Positions 27,129-41,882 of a stretch of DNA of 64,000 bases are shown here, piece by piece. Origin of the DNA: Chrysomallon squamiferum (taxonomy: Eukaryota; Animalia; Mollusca); assembly GCA_012295275.1 (NCBI GenBank), contig CM022665.1, positions 7,874,001 through 7,938,000 on the forward strand, read 5' to 3'. The notes beneath the pieces are model-generated. The model was not told where the DNA came from and did not search any database. It saw only the letters and a list, made by a program, of their open reading frames with translations. The translations under genes were made by a program, and so were the position numbers. Position 1 is the first letter of the stretch, and each line of letters opens with the position of its first letter.

Positions 27129-28445
27129 ACATTCATGTATGTGAGTGTATAATTATGCATTTCAAAAACACATATGTATCTGAGAAAAACAAAAGATAAT
27201 ACAACTTATTTTGATAAGACACTCGTGAAATTATTTATTTTACAATGACCGCTGTCTCACCCATCAATCAGATAAATCTTAGAATAAGCCACAGAATCAA
27301 TAGAGGCAGGTGTAACAAGGTTAAATCTGTCAATCACTGTTTGTCTTGTAGTTTCAGACTGATATTACTATAGACAATTTGTATTCACTTTTATGGGAAA
27401 ATATAGCATTTATGCAATCTGTTCTGATTTGTTACAAAATGTTTTTATTTAGAATTAAAATTGAAAAAAAAAAAATTATATGAGTAAATATGGGATCAAA
27501 ATTTTATGGTTTTTTATTTGTTTATTATTATTCTTGTGCAGTTGCTGGCAACGTTTTCACATAAGTGGACTAAATATGGAATTCAGACTAGCAAATAATG
27601 AAAAACATTCTAAACTGACATTCAGTGAAAAGCTGTTCTGATACCAGTGTAAAATATGTGTTGTCAACAATAACAATATAATAAGCAATTAATAAGTTCA
27701 TGTATATTCTTTCACACAACACACTGTTTTTTTTTTTTTTTTTCTGTTCATTTAAAGACAAACATGGCTTAATTAATCATTGCCAGTGACTTGTAACATT
27801 ACTGCTTTTAATATTTCTGTTCCCAAACTATTAATTTTATGTGTTGTTATCTGAAAGGAATGGTTAAATCAAAGTCAGATGTCCACAAAAGCTAGTACCA
27901 GTGCACTACAGGCAGTGCTGCAAAAAAAAGTGTTCTGCTTTGAATTCCTGTTACACTTCCATGCATACTCAGAAACATGTGAGCTGACAAATGCCTAAAC
28001 AGATGGAATTGCTTTTTAGCAAAACACATGGCATTTGTTTAATTGCTTTGGTGCAAGAATGCTTGCTGCAGATGTATCAATGCAGATGCAAACTGTAGCC
28101 AAGTCTTGTCAGTAACATACAAGTGCACAGTGACACTAAAATATTTATACTCACGTATTATACTAATATTCACAGAGACAGGCTCTTTGAACATCAGAAG
28201 CAAACACTGCTAACATAGCAAGTTTATGTCATAGATATAAGAATAAAAAAAAATACCTTTTGACTGTGAAAGTATGTGTATATGATATGAGTATGAATAT
28301 TTGTGTATGTATAGTACTGTACATAATATGCATCTACTTATGTATATGTGGTCTGTTTATGGGCATTGGTGTGTGTGTATATGAGTGGATACTTGTGTTT
28401 GTGTATATCCATTTGTGAGTATCTATCTGAATCTGTATGTTTATC

Positions 28446-28483
<38 letters not shown>

Positions 28484-29391
28484 AAGCACTGTAGAAATAA
28501 GATTATAAGAAAATTAGCTTAAGCAGGTTCTAAAAAATTGAAGCACAGTATACTGCAAAGAATGACTGTAATGAAAATATTGAAGATGTCCTTTAACTGT
28601 ATAACATATACCATTAAGTGATGGAAAATGTTTGCTTTATTGCATGCCTTGTAAATATATAAATTTTATTCATTAATAACAATTATTGCCTCGAAACCAC
28701 AGATAATAAAATTAATTTGTTTAAAAGTCTTTGCTAATCTAATAAAATTAAACATTACTTAAACAGTAATTGCTTTTAAAAGGAATGAAAATTCATTTAG
28801 AGAAGAAAAAAAATGAAATTAATAGATAATTTCATTTCTCATCAAAAAATGTAAAATCTCGCTATATTATACAAAAAAAAAGTCTTTTTTCTTTAAGTAT
28901 TAAAACTCTAATATTAGAACAAAATGACAGAAAAAAAATGATGAAGTTGACCAATAACAGACTCTTTTTCTACATCCATTTTGTTGTTCCTGGCTTCCTC
29001 TTCACTTTAAAAATTCTGCTTCTGGCTATGGTATCTTGCATCCTGCCACAGATTTCATACAAGTCCCAGGAGGTAACCAAATACAAAAGTTGTAGACAAA
29101 CACAACCACAACACAAACTGGCAAGATGGACAAATAAATAGACTGTATGGTGCAGACAACCTGTACACACAGCTCAGACAAATAACAGTTGTAATTCATC
29201 AGCAACAACAACAACAGCCCAAGGCCAGGTTTAACCTAGAGTCACAGACACAATGGTTGACCACCCAAGTCAGGCCATCTATTTCCTCTCTTATAATCAA
29301 TCTGCTGACCAGAGTTCTGTAATATACAGTATACACATGAAATAATTTGTATGAGATAAGCTAAGTTAAATTAATAACAGATATAATTAAT

Positions 29392-29435
<44 letters not shown>

Positions 29436-30589
29436 TTATTTAATTATTTAAAAATGATGCTTTCTTTTTACTGCTTCATTGTTTAGTTTAAGATAAACTT
29501 CATGTATAAATGTACAGGTTGCTCAAGTTAGCAGAAATGATGGATACACTGATACAATTATTCATAACATATTATTCTTTATTCACAATATGAATATATA
29601 ACATGAGGAGCATTTTAAATATATAAATTCATAGTGATTTATTTGTAGCTGTGTTATAGTAATGCATTTGTGAATAAATTTTATCACAATTCCAGCATTG
29701 TGGATTCAAAACATAACTTCTAATCCATAACAATATATGATCATACTTTGTAATATAAATGAATTCAGTGGGATTTTTTTTTTTTTTTAAAACATTGTAT
29801 TGTTTTTATTTAATTTTCATTTTCTGAAAATATTATTTCACTCAGTAATTAAAAGAAGTAAAGAAAAATGTTTAAAACTGTAACCAAGACTGTATAACTT
29901 AAAAAAAAAAAGGAATGAGAAATCTAACAACATGAATTGTTATAAAACTTCTTTTTAAAAGGAAATTTTTATTATTTGTTTTTCTTCACCTAGAACACAC
30001 GCCCACTTTTACATGAAGTATTTGACTGACCAATACTTTCAGTACACATTTATTATCCATGGGACCATTAAAAATGTTAGTATTTGTTTAAACTTGGTGT
30101 ACAAGACTAGGGGCTGGCTGCTACAGCTAATTGGCACATCCTTAATGAAATAAACAGATTGAAAGGTTAACTGACACAGTAACCAAGAACATTGCCTAAA
30201 ATGTTCCTACAGCCTTGATTTCAGCTTGGAGCATTACAGTGAATGTCTCAGTAATTGTTTGATGTCCATGTTTCAGGTACAGAAGGCAATTACCGCACTA
30301 TCACTGGGTTACATCATTTAACCACCTCAAACAGATGTGTAGCTGCTAAATTTTCTATCTCTAAATTATAGCCAAATTCCTTTCCACCTCAATTACAAAC
30401 CATTACCACTATTCATTTCATCCTTGCCCATGTCCAGCCACTGTTAATTAAGGTTTGTTGCTGTCCTGCCGTCTTTCTTGACCAGTGGTCTGAGAAGCAG
30501 GCTAATTATAGTTCATTAGAAACAGACAGTACACAGGGCAAAACAAACCAAACACTGTGCCTTCCATAAAAAAATGTTTTTGGAAATAA

Positions 30590-30812
30590 GAATAAATGTT
30601 TTTTATGACACCTTATTCCAAATAATATTAATTGTTATTAGGTATAAAAAATATAGTTTGTGTGGAATGAATCTATAAGAAAAGAAACCCACTGTTACAG
30701 CTTTTTGTTTTACCAGCAAAGGATATTTCATGGAAGACCATATATTCTAAATTCTTTGATAAGTCATTCTTGGAATATTAGCTGTAACATGAAACAGGCC
30801 AGCAGATACCCT
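30590..30812 (-). mobile_element. Degenerate SINE, reverse orientation
   Basis: aatgtttt...gacacc...gaaacccactgtt...cagcaaaggatatttcat...gctgtaacatgaaacaggcc is the reverse complement of the tail, core and post-tRNA segments seen at 17478, 41806 and 56396. Confidence 0.6.
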
Positions 30813-32880
30813 ATAGCACTACTGTGATTCAAAGAATAAAACTTAAAGAGCCATATTTGATATCTGACAAAATTATTTATGGAATTTAGTACTTCCTCAG
30901 TCAGCTTAGTTCTATGTTTTATTCAAAATATTTTGCAAATACGTGTATGATTATTAACATAAAGATACAAGTTAACTTATTATAGATTTCATACATCTCT
31001 GTTTGACATTGATGAACTGAATACATCGTTAAGGTTTCAGTTATTTTGGGGGTTTGATTATCAGTTTTAGGAAGTTCAGGTTATCTAATCTTTATTTCTA
31101 AAGTTAAAACTTCCACATTAGTTTTTAGTTTGTTGATAAACAAGTTGCACCAGTGATAGAAGGAGCAAATGACCTGTGACCATTTCAAACCTTCTTCAAT
31201 ATTACCAGATAAATTCACAGTAACAAATTAAATTTGCCTATTATCAGAGACAACATTATTCTGTCTCCTGTCTTTTGAACTGCTGTAGTTTTAAGGAAGT
31301 AGTTAGTCCTGAACAGATATTTGAAGATTATTCTCAGACACATGTAGTAAGCTTTGTCTTTGTCACTGAAGGGACCATCTTGGAACTAATTGACTTGTTG
31401 ATCATCTGACTGTTTGACTCAAGTGGGGGCTCAAGAGGTTCAATTTGTTAGACATTATTTTCTGCCATGCATCATCTATTGATTTATTCTGTCAGAAAAT
31501 CACCAGTAATTTCTTGAGATTGATGAAGTACCCAGATTCATAGAGATAACCAGATAAGAATGAAAAGATAAAAAAAAAAAAAATGTTGATGTATCCTTAT
31601 CTCTCTGCATGGTTGACACATGCTAGATTAAACATCACAATTTTGTTTTTTAAAAATTGAACAGAATTAAAATTTTAATCAGTTGTGAAATTTCTGTTAC
31701 TATCTGTTGCTCTCTGAAAATAATAGAATCAGATTAAATGAATCAGACAAGTTACAACATCAATGTGATTATCAGAATTTTTTTAAAACATTTTTTTGTC
31801 AAAATCATTTAGATTATTTAGTAATAATCATCTGAAAACAAATAAACAAACAAATTATTACAGGTACCAGATCATTTGTCCATATTCCAGAAAACCTGCT
31901 TTACAAGTGAAAAAAGTTTGATCTGTCAAATACATTTCATTGCTTATTTAATACTAAAACATATTTATTGAGCCTTGGTCCAGAAAACTGAAAAAATCCA
32001 GACATTCAAGCTACCTCTGGTCCCAACTTTACCCAGATAAACAGTGTGGCACCTATTCTGTCATTAATTATTCTTTCAGTGCTTGAAACACATTGACATA
32101 ACAGAGTGATAAACTTTATCATAGCTTAATGTCGTTTTAGGTTTGTATTAATTAAACATTTACTTTTACTTTATTCTTAAACATGTACAAAAATGATTAT
32201 TGAATGAATAAAGCTTAATATATTTATGGTTGGATGGACAGCTGACTGGATTAAAACCTGTTTATAATATGGAATAGTCTTTGAGGGTTAGACAAATGAC
32301 CATGATATTTAGTAGATCAGTTATGTGTTAAAGAATTGAAAAAATCTAACCTTAATATAAAAGGTTATTGTTTTGGTAACTAAAAGTTAAAGAAGGTTTA
32401 AGTGGTTTTTCATTTGCAAATATCGGAGGTCCAGAATAGTTTATTTTAGCAAGCAGAACATCTCAATAACAGTTGATCTGTTTAATATATAGAGACCATT
32501 TGGCAAAAGACATACTGTCCATTATCTAAAGTTTATAAACCAATGCTGCACTTTACAACACAGCTGCACATTTTGTTCTAAATGTCAGTTATCACTGAAG
32601 ATGAGCCAGAGTAAACAGTGGTAAAATGAAAACCACAAAAATGTTCAAACACATAAACAGCTGGGTATTAGGAGATAAACAAAATGAATAAAGGTTTCAT
32701 TTTAAAAAGTTGCAAACTAAATTAATGAGTACTGAATGTTTTATCTATATCCTTGCATATCCAGGTATTCTTTCTCTCTCTCTCTCATTCTGTACACACA
32801 CCCAGACAAGCACATGCATACATACATACATATAAAACATTCACATCAGTATGTATACCTCTGTGTGTGTGTGTGTGTGT

Positions 32881-32912
<32 letters not shown>

Positions 32913-35325
32913 TTTTGCATGTGTATGAAGTTAAGCTGTAGAAGAAATGAACACTTTTAGTTAAATTTTATTTTGTATAGAAATTATTTTAGTCGATGAT
33001 TAATAGGAATGTAGCAAAGTTTTAAAACATAACCAAAGCATTTCTACTTCAAAAAAGTATTAATATAATTAAATCAGTATTCCAGCAAAAAAGTTCATTT
33101 TGAAAAAGACAAAGCACAATTATATATTAAATATAGGACAAAATAGAATCACAACAATGAGAAGACCACACTTAAAACAAGCAAAAAAAAACCCTGTACA
33201 CATCTTAATAAACATTTCAAACATAATTATAAACTACCTAAGAGATACAGATAAGCACTTAAATTAGCACACTTTCTCACATTTTGTTTCATTAAAAACA
33301 AAATATTGAAATGTCCAGTGTACATACTTAGATCCCTTAGTTAAATAGCACTAATTATATTAGAAAAGTCTGGGAAACATCAGGGTTCCCTGTATTAATT
33401 ATATGAATGTATATTAAAGTAAGTAATTGAAACCGGTTGTAAATCATGACCTTAAGCCCTAGTGTAGATAGTTTTATCAAATTTATGTTCTAAGATAACT
33501 TTGGTTATGGCACCTAGCTAAAAAACACCATCACCTTTGTAAATTAACTCTACATGTGTTCAGAATTACAGGTTAAACCACAAAATTTGTACAGCTAAAC
33601 TATATGATAAGCTGCAGGTGTGTGTATTATAATTTTTACATTTTAAGTAAGAATACAAGTAAAAGAAAAACTGTCAAAAGCTTAGAAACTTCTTTAAATA
33701 TAACATAAAAGGTTGCCTAAATTATTTATTATTAAACTACTGAACACAGAGTTTGAAATTAACTTCTAAAAGTATTTATAAATAATAATAAGATGAAAAT
33801 AAAGCATAGAAGAAAATATGCAACAAACTTACAAAAACAATTTCATGAAAATTAAACTAAAGATATTTTAATAATAAATTTAAGTGTGCTAATTTAAGTG
33901 CTTATCTGTAGCTCTTAGGTAGTTTATAATTATGTTTGAAATATTTATTTTTTATACAATATTTCAGACATAAATTATTATTAACAAAAAATATATTTAT
34001 CAATATTATAATAATACTTTTCAAACATTATAATTAAATAAAATCATAAATGAAAATAAATCTATTAAACACAATATTTTCATGTTAAATTTGGCTACTT
34101 TGTTGATTATTGACATATCTGACATTGCTGGAGGCTACAATTCTCTCAAGGCTGATATTCACATATGAACAAAGCATATGACTATGAGTCACCATGGTGA
34201 TAGTTTCTATAGTAAAATAAGCTACGCACAGGTACACAAAGAGAACAAAGAATATGAGTTGTCACAAATTATCTGTCCAGACTGGGTAACAAAGAATTGG
34301 TTTCAAAATGTCATGGAATTATATTTTTATGAGTCTTTCGTGATACAGTTTGGTTAATTAGTAATATTTATAGGGTTTTTTTACCACATCTTCATTGGCC
34401 TTAAATATATTAGTACCAGATAGCATCTGTTAATGTTCACATTAAAAACAAATTTTATGTGTTACTTTGTCCTCGTAGATTTTAAAATGTAGGTTCTGTT
34501 ATTAGGGAATAATTTGTTCAAAATTTATTAATAAAACTTTAGAAATTATTATGTTATACAGAGTGTAAATGTTTGTAAATTAAACAAATATTCATTATAT
34601 TTTTTAATTTTTCTTATTTTGATTAAATTGAATCAGTTATTCATGATGATAATAAAATTTGTATATCACCTAATATTTATATGTATATATGCATCTAAGT
34701 CTACATGTATATATATAAGTTTTTGTCATACATTAATAAATGTATGTGTAACAATTCATGGTTGTTAATAATATTCTTTGATCTATAATTGTTTTCTTAT
34801 TGCTTCTGTTTCATTTTACAAAAGGAATATTATTATTATTCATAGTTGTTGTTTATCATTTTTTTCTATACTGAACTTAGTAACTCTGATACAAAATTAA
34901 CTCACAGTTTCTGCTTTGATTCATTTTCCATCTATTTGATAAATAAACACATTTGTTAGTTTTGTTATAATTTCTGTTGTTTGTGCTGGCTTTTTCAAGT
35001 TGATTCAGAGTTAAACTGTTTGACATGTGTGTTAGTATGTAAAGATATATCTCTGTTTACTGTTTCCAGCACCATATGTGTGTATGCAGTGTAAATAGAC
35101 TAACACTACTCTCATTACAAAAACAGGTATGGTTCAAAGCTACCAAGTGCAGGTGCAGTCATATTTACTAAAACAATCACTGTCATAATATTTTGTGATT
35201 TTGTTCTGAGGTCAATCTCTTTCTTAGTTTCTCTCTCTCTTGTTGTTTTTCTCTTTATCTTACTTTCCGTAAGTCCATCCATCCATGCAGTTATCTGTCA
35301 CACACATACTCACAAACACCCAGGT

Positions 35326-35359
<34 letters not shown>

Positions 35360-38300
35360 TTTAAACTTGGTTGAAGAGTAGCAGAATGCTTAAAGCACAA
35401 ACATTTACATTTCTGTCTTAATAAAAATACAAAGTATTGTAGTAATATGTAGTCTGCATTGACTGGTAAAAGATTTTCATGTCTGATATTATAAATAAAA
35501 CAGCAGATATGTGGAGAAAAAGACTATATAACAATTTAAAAAATTAAAATTGAAATACACAGATAAATACACCACAGTACACACAGTACACACAGTTCAC
35601 ACATACACAAACATAATTAGATAATGTGATAATGACAAAATGAATTTAAGAAGTAAATTTACATTTAAAACACAAACCAATATTTCATTGTTAAGAATAC
35701 AAGAATTATTAATAATAATAATAATAGACATATTTTAACTGGCTGTGTATGTGCATGTGGGCATGCATTCATGTCTGATAGTGTATGCGTATTTGACCAG
35801 ATGTATGTAAGTATCAGCAGGTATTATACAGGACAAGTAATATGGATTGCGTTTGTACATTGTTCTTGCACTAAATGTCAGCTCTACATGAAAAAAACAT
35901 CTGGCTGTTGGTGTAAGTACCAATTACTGCTGCTTCCAAGATAATCTGACACTAGTTGCTCATGGATTTCACTTAATGTGCTTTTGATTTGGTTCAGTTA
36001 TAATTCACAGCAGAATTTTCTTTCTCATTATACCATTATAGCAGTTTTAATGCAGTTAGCCTCACATTTTATAATAATAATAATAATGACCTATTTCTAA
36101 TAATGATTATATATCATTAATATATTAATAAATGTTATGAATATTTGTTCAAACAAATCACCTAACAAAAGAAAGATATTTCTTATTATTTTGTAAAATT
36201 TCTAATATAATTTGTCAGTCCAATTTTGTTGAGGAAAATGATTTAGAGGGAAAAGGAAAGAAGGAGAATGGAGGATCAAAGAACAAATTCAGCTTATAAG
36301 AAGTTTGGTCTTGTCAGAATAATTGAAAAATAAACATTCAAAAAAAGTTTGAGTTAATTACATTTAACCCAGTGTTGAGAGGGAAAAAAATTGAAAACAG
36401 ATTTTGACCAAATCATAAACATTTCTTTATGGCCATTATGCCCCAGGACTTTTGTTGTATATCTAAACATAATTTATTCAGCATATGAACTGACTGGAAT
36501 ATACAAAGCCAGATTTGTTTAGAAGCTTGGGGGCTTTTTTCCTCAGATCTGAATGTACTATTTGGATTACATCCATAAAAATAAATAGTACATTCAGTGA
36601 TTCCAATGATCAAACACTATCCTCAAGGTCATTTTAATAACAACAGAATAGCATGTGGCCAATTAATTTTCAGATACAAAAAAACAACATAGGCGGTAGT
36701 ACAGAAAAAGTTAAAAACAAAACTGGTTGATTAATTTGATAAAATACCTATTTATTACTTCATAACTTTGTTGGTTATCTATTTTAACTGAAAACTGAAG
36801 TTTATTTATGCTATTGAGACTGGGGAAAATTGGTTTATTAATTTAATAAAATATATAAAATAGAGTACTGGTAATGCCATAAGCTTGAAACTGAAACTAT
36901 AATGAATAAAGTATCTTTATTAATTTAATAAAATGTATACAGACTTGGTTGTTTTGTTTCAAGATTTTGTTTAAAACGTGTAAGACAAGGCTAATGTTAT
37001 TGTATAATGCTTCTTGTGCTGTCAGAACTATTTTACAAGCTTTCTCACAAATAGCTCTGTAGCAAAGTGGCCACTTGAACAGGTTGAATGAACTTGTAAA
37101 AAGACACAGCTGATTATCATATTTACTTGTTCACCATTTCTGCTAGTTGATTCTTGAGAGATAGTTTATAGAAGATTTTTTTCTTATACTTTTTTTTTAT
37201 AACTGTCAAGCATGTATATTTAACTGAAGTTTGCTGAAATGGTGTATTTACTTCATATTAAGCGAATGAACATTTGTTTGACAACATTTTATATTAACAG
37301 TTATGAGGCTACATGTTAACCATTAATTTTTTTTAAAACAATCATAACAGCAACTAAAGAAACCTAATCCATGGATTATTGCTATTGATTTGCCATAGCT
37401 GAATTTTATATGTACCTTCCCAAATACAGGAAAATGTAAGTCACTAATCAGACCTAATCAGAATGGGTAGGAGAGTTGATCCCACAATCCATTATATATG
37501 TATCCTCTTTGTCTCAGTGGTCTTTAATCATGCTATAATAGACATGTAATAAAACATTGCTGTCATTCCTTTCTTTGTTCTCAACCTTGAATTAGTCCTT
37601 GCAGTACAAACACTGCATTCATAATATTCAGTGTTTTTAGTACAAATGTTTATTTTTCTAATTATTTTCCTTTTATAGCTGAGTGTGAATTGTTTGAGTT
37701 TTTATAATTTTATTTATTATTAGTTGTTTTGGGTTTTTTTTCTCAAGTATCAAGTTGGGGAGTTTTGGGGTATTATTTTGTTTGATGATAATTAACTGGC
37801 TGTTTTATTAATATTCTTCATTTTTTTCCTTCAATTTTTCCATAATGTTTTTAAAGTAACTTATTTCAAAAAATTTAAATTAACCTGGCCTAATTATACA
37901 AGAGACAATTTATTTCCCCAGTTTGGTTAATATCAAGAAAGGACACGTAGCTATAACTATTATTAGAGACAGTGAAATGATAAATCATTGTAAACAGTCG
38001 TCTTGGTCAATAGGTGATTTATATTTCACTAATTATTTCTTTTCTAATTCACAAACTTTGCCTAAAATAGATAACCTTGACTCAAAATTTGTGAGCTGTG
38101 AAATTTTGTCAAGTTTTAACAAATTGATAAATTGATTCAGATAATTAATACATGGTCAAGATGCCATGATTAATATTTATAAAATATTATTAAATTTGTC
38201 CTTTGTTAATTAAATATAATTATTATATCTTAGCTATAATAGCATTCAGAATAAAAAAATGTCAGTTTTTTAATTTGGTATATTACAAAGACACATTAGC

Positions 38301-38651
38301 ATAATTAACAGTAATTAATATTTTATTTAGTACAATAAAAATATTTTATATGTGGAATAATAACTGATTTATCTAGCATTTTATAATATGATATGAAACG
38401 TTAATTGGCAATAAGATAGAACTTAGTGAATGATTTTTTTATTATTTTCCTTCTCTATATTTCCTGAAGGTGCTTCAGAGTAAATTTCATCTGTCTCATA
38501 CACATCATAACATTTATTAATCCAGTATGGCATATCAGTAATGTATGCCATACTGTACACGTATTTCCTGCAAACTTACAAGCAAACCACACCCCCATTG
38601 ATACTTTCCCCTTTGAGGTGTCATATTTACACACCTGGTGGGAATGAATAC

Positions 38652-38825
38652 CTGTCCTGCTGAGTTCCAGGTGTCAGAAACTCTTGAAGACAATGGTATC
38701 TTATCAGCAGACGGCATCAGTGGTGATGAGTACCTCATGAAGCTAATAGAGCTGAAAATTGGTCTGTTCAGTCCACTGTGTGGGCTATCACACTCTATAA
38801 CTTCATCTTCTGTGTATTTGTAATC
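38652..38825 (-). CDS. Candidate 174-nt phase-0/0 coding exon on the minus strand, product unknown
   Basis: ctaacag| acceptor and CAG|gtattc donor (alternative gtaagt donor near 38579); reads DYKYTEDEVIECDSPHSGLNRPIFSSISFMRYSSPLMPSADKIPLSSRVSDTWNSAGQ; GC-richer than its flanks. Confidence 0.4.
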
Positions 38826-41034
38826 CTGTTAGTCTGTGCAGTAGAGCGTTAAGGCTATCATAGACTATACATCATCACTACACATTATCTTTAATATCAA
38901 AGGAAGAAAAAAAAAGAAGAAAAAAAAAGATGGTGTGAATGAATTCTTCATTTTTCTAGACTGTTCTTTTTTTTTTTTTTTTTTTTTTTTTTCATATACT
39001 GAAAGCAGAACAGTGGTTTCTGTAATCCTGCATGTAGCCTATCACTGTTGTCTAAGGTAAACTGTGTTTTATATGTATTAAGTATCAAATAAAATAAATT
39101 GTATATGCACACTGACCAGAATATATAACTTAACTATATAAAAGTGATTTGATCAAACCTGGACATTAATTCCTTGTAATTATAATAATCAGTTGAATCT
39201 TACATTTCTATACATATTTTAAATACTTTTAAAATATGGTCAGATCATTTTAACATACTTTTTAGATTCAGATCTATTAGCTTTAGTCCACAACACATAT
39301 TAACAAGGTTACAACCTAATGGTATTATACCATATTATTAAACAGTCTTAAATTGCAAAATTATTTTTTAATTTTACACTATGTATTTAGAAACAATATT
39401 CCAAAGTTGTACTATTATTTTCAATAACTGTATAAATCTAAACAAACAAGGCTTTATTTACAATATAGATAAAATTTGTCCTGAAAGAAGATGACTGCAC
39501 TTTAAGTTGGTGCTTACTATGATTGCATCACATGATTCAAAGCTACTTTTTGTGTTATAAAATCCCACTAACATTAAATAGTTTAAATTCTTTTTAAAAT
39601 GGTGATTTTCTGACTTCCTCTTTTGGAATAAATCCGAAATATTTGTTGCATCATTTCACTTCACCAAATAATGAATTGTTCTGTATTTGGAATAATTATT
39701 TTCAGATTAAAATAAGATAAAAATACCTAAAATGTTTATCACTGCCAACCTAGAAATTCTTTCAACTGAGTTCCAATTTAAAGAAGAAAAAAAATTCATC
39801 AGATGTTTCTATCAACTTTTTTTCTCTCTCTCTGCCAGTTGAAACAGTGTTGCTGCCAAACATGATAAGTCTGATCTTAACCAGTTGACCTCAACCATCT
39901 ACAGGTGAAAGACAAATACAGAGAAAAAAATATTTACTTTCCACTGTTTTTAATGTTCCATTCTGCTCAGTTAAAAGTCAAATATTTATTGAAGAAGGCC
40001 ACTAGAAAGCTAATATCCCGTTTTAGTGGTCAGGGGTTCAATCTGGAGAGACAAGAAAATAAATTTCATGATCATGGGAGATCAACCTTTCTGATTTAAA
40101 AAACCCACAAATCTGATAACAACTCTAACACAACATCCTGTCTGGCATGTTCAGGACTGGCACATTTTTGAGTGATTTTTTGTTAAAATCATCATGAAAT
40201 TTTTATTAGGACAAATTTTGCCAGCAGTTCTTTATATATTTTAGAATATCTATAATTAAAAAAAAGAAGAGATTACTAAATATTTTGTCAGCTGTTCTTG
40301 GTTCTTTACTTTTCATAACTTAAAGAAAACTGTTTGTGTGTTTTGGAGATTAACTGACCAAAATATAAATACTTTAAAATACTGTATACACCAGTTTTTT
40401 TCTATTCCAAACAGGTGCATTATGATAATGGGTTGTTATTACATGTCCTGAAGTTTTTGTTTTTTACTTCATATTTTCAGTAAAGCTAAAACACTAATTA
40501 AATTATTAACTGGATGTTGTTAATAAATATGTAGCTTAGACTTTTAAGAAAGATTATAATGAATCAAGTGGACTGTAGCAGACGTGAAGATAAAACACAA
40601 TTAATCCTAGACACAGCATTAATTAACACCAGATTATCACCACAAATAAAAACATTTGTAAAAACAAAAATAAGCACAAAAATGTACCTCTCAGTTGCAC
40701 ACACACATTACCTAAAATAGCAAGATGGTCAGTAGATTTTTGTGTAAGAAAACAAGTAGAAGAAAAAACATAAGGAGATTAATGAGTGGCAGAAGCTTGA
40801 CGTCTAAAGGCTTTTTTAACAGAAGACTTACCTATCACATTAACACACAGTGGCAGATGTACCTAACAGATGACCGCTGCTCCAGGTTAATTTTCAAGCC
40901 CAGTCAGGAAGTGAGCCAAAATAAATCTGTTCTAAGCAGAAAGCTTGGCCATAGTTGTTAAGTTAATGCAGGAGACTGAGTTTTACAGGTGAAAAATGTC
41001 AGATTAATTCCCATCAACTCTGTTATATTTTCTC

Positions 41035-41250
41035 ATTTTCTACAATCATATGCCTGAGCAAAAGCAGATTTGGGGATGTATAGAGGTGTTTGGACCCATT
41101 TTCTACTATGTTGTGCCTTAGCAGGTGCAGACCAAGACAGGTGTATGTAAGGGTGTTTGGACAGATTTTTCTATAATAATTATTTTGCCATAACAGATAC
41201 AGATCTAGGGAGGTGCACTGATGTTTGGACCATTTTTTACAATCTTGTAT
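41035..41250. repeat. ~62-66-bp degenerate tandem repeat, about 3.3 copies
   Basis: Recurring tgtttggac..attttcta...gcc..a.ca...cag pattern. Confidence 0.8.
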
Positions 41251-41805
41251 TGTTCCAAAAGAGTATGAGCATGAGAATATTTTTTCCCCCCATATACATA
41301 CTTGAATGAAGAAATTGTCAGATTGTAATGAAAAACTTTTATGTGTGTGTGTGTGTGTGCATTTTTTGTTTTTTTTGTTTTTAAAAAGATTCAATAATGT
41401 TTACATTTTTTTTCACAACTTTGGGCTGTTATTTTTACACTTGTAAAGCACCACTGATGGCCAGTACCCCTGTAATAAAAACAAAATATGGATCCAACCT
41501 GCAATTTTAAAAAATTTCTTATATCTGATGTAATGATTAAATGTAACAAGCAAACACAAAAACAGGCCTTTGGTTGCATAATTCAAATTTTAAAATTTAA
41601 TCATTCAGTAAGTCCAGGTTAAATGAAATTCAAATATTAAATGTAATTGAATAATTGTTAATAAGTAATTGTCTCCTAATAGGTGATACGAATTTTTGTT
41701 TCATATATCCAGTCTTACAAATCAGCAGGGAGGGATTTTTTACATACACTTTATACAGACAAAAGACACACCCTGCATCACATGTTCCACAGCCTTAGTA
41801 TGCTC

Positions 41806-41882
41806 CCTGTGCTTCACAAGAAATTTATCAAAGACTGCGTAAATGTATATAAAAAGATCCCTTGCTGCTAACTGAAAAAGTG
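41806..41882 (+). mobile_element. SINE core fragment (Meta-type domain)
   Basis: tatataaaaagatcccttgctgctaactgaaaaag is the best-preserved core copy; family assignment is from recall. Confidence 0.65.

Noticed and set aside
25515-29214. Minus-strand ORFs at 25515..25772, 26670..26909 and 28970..29214 as exons
   Set aside because: Weak or missing splice pairs, no recognisable domain, and nearby stops in the candidate frames.
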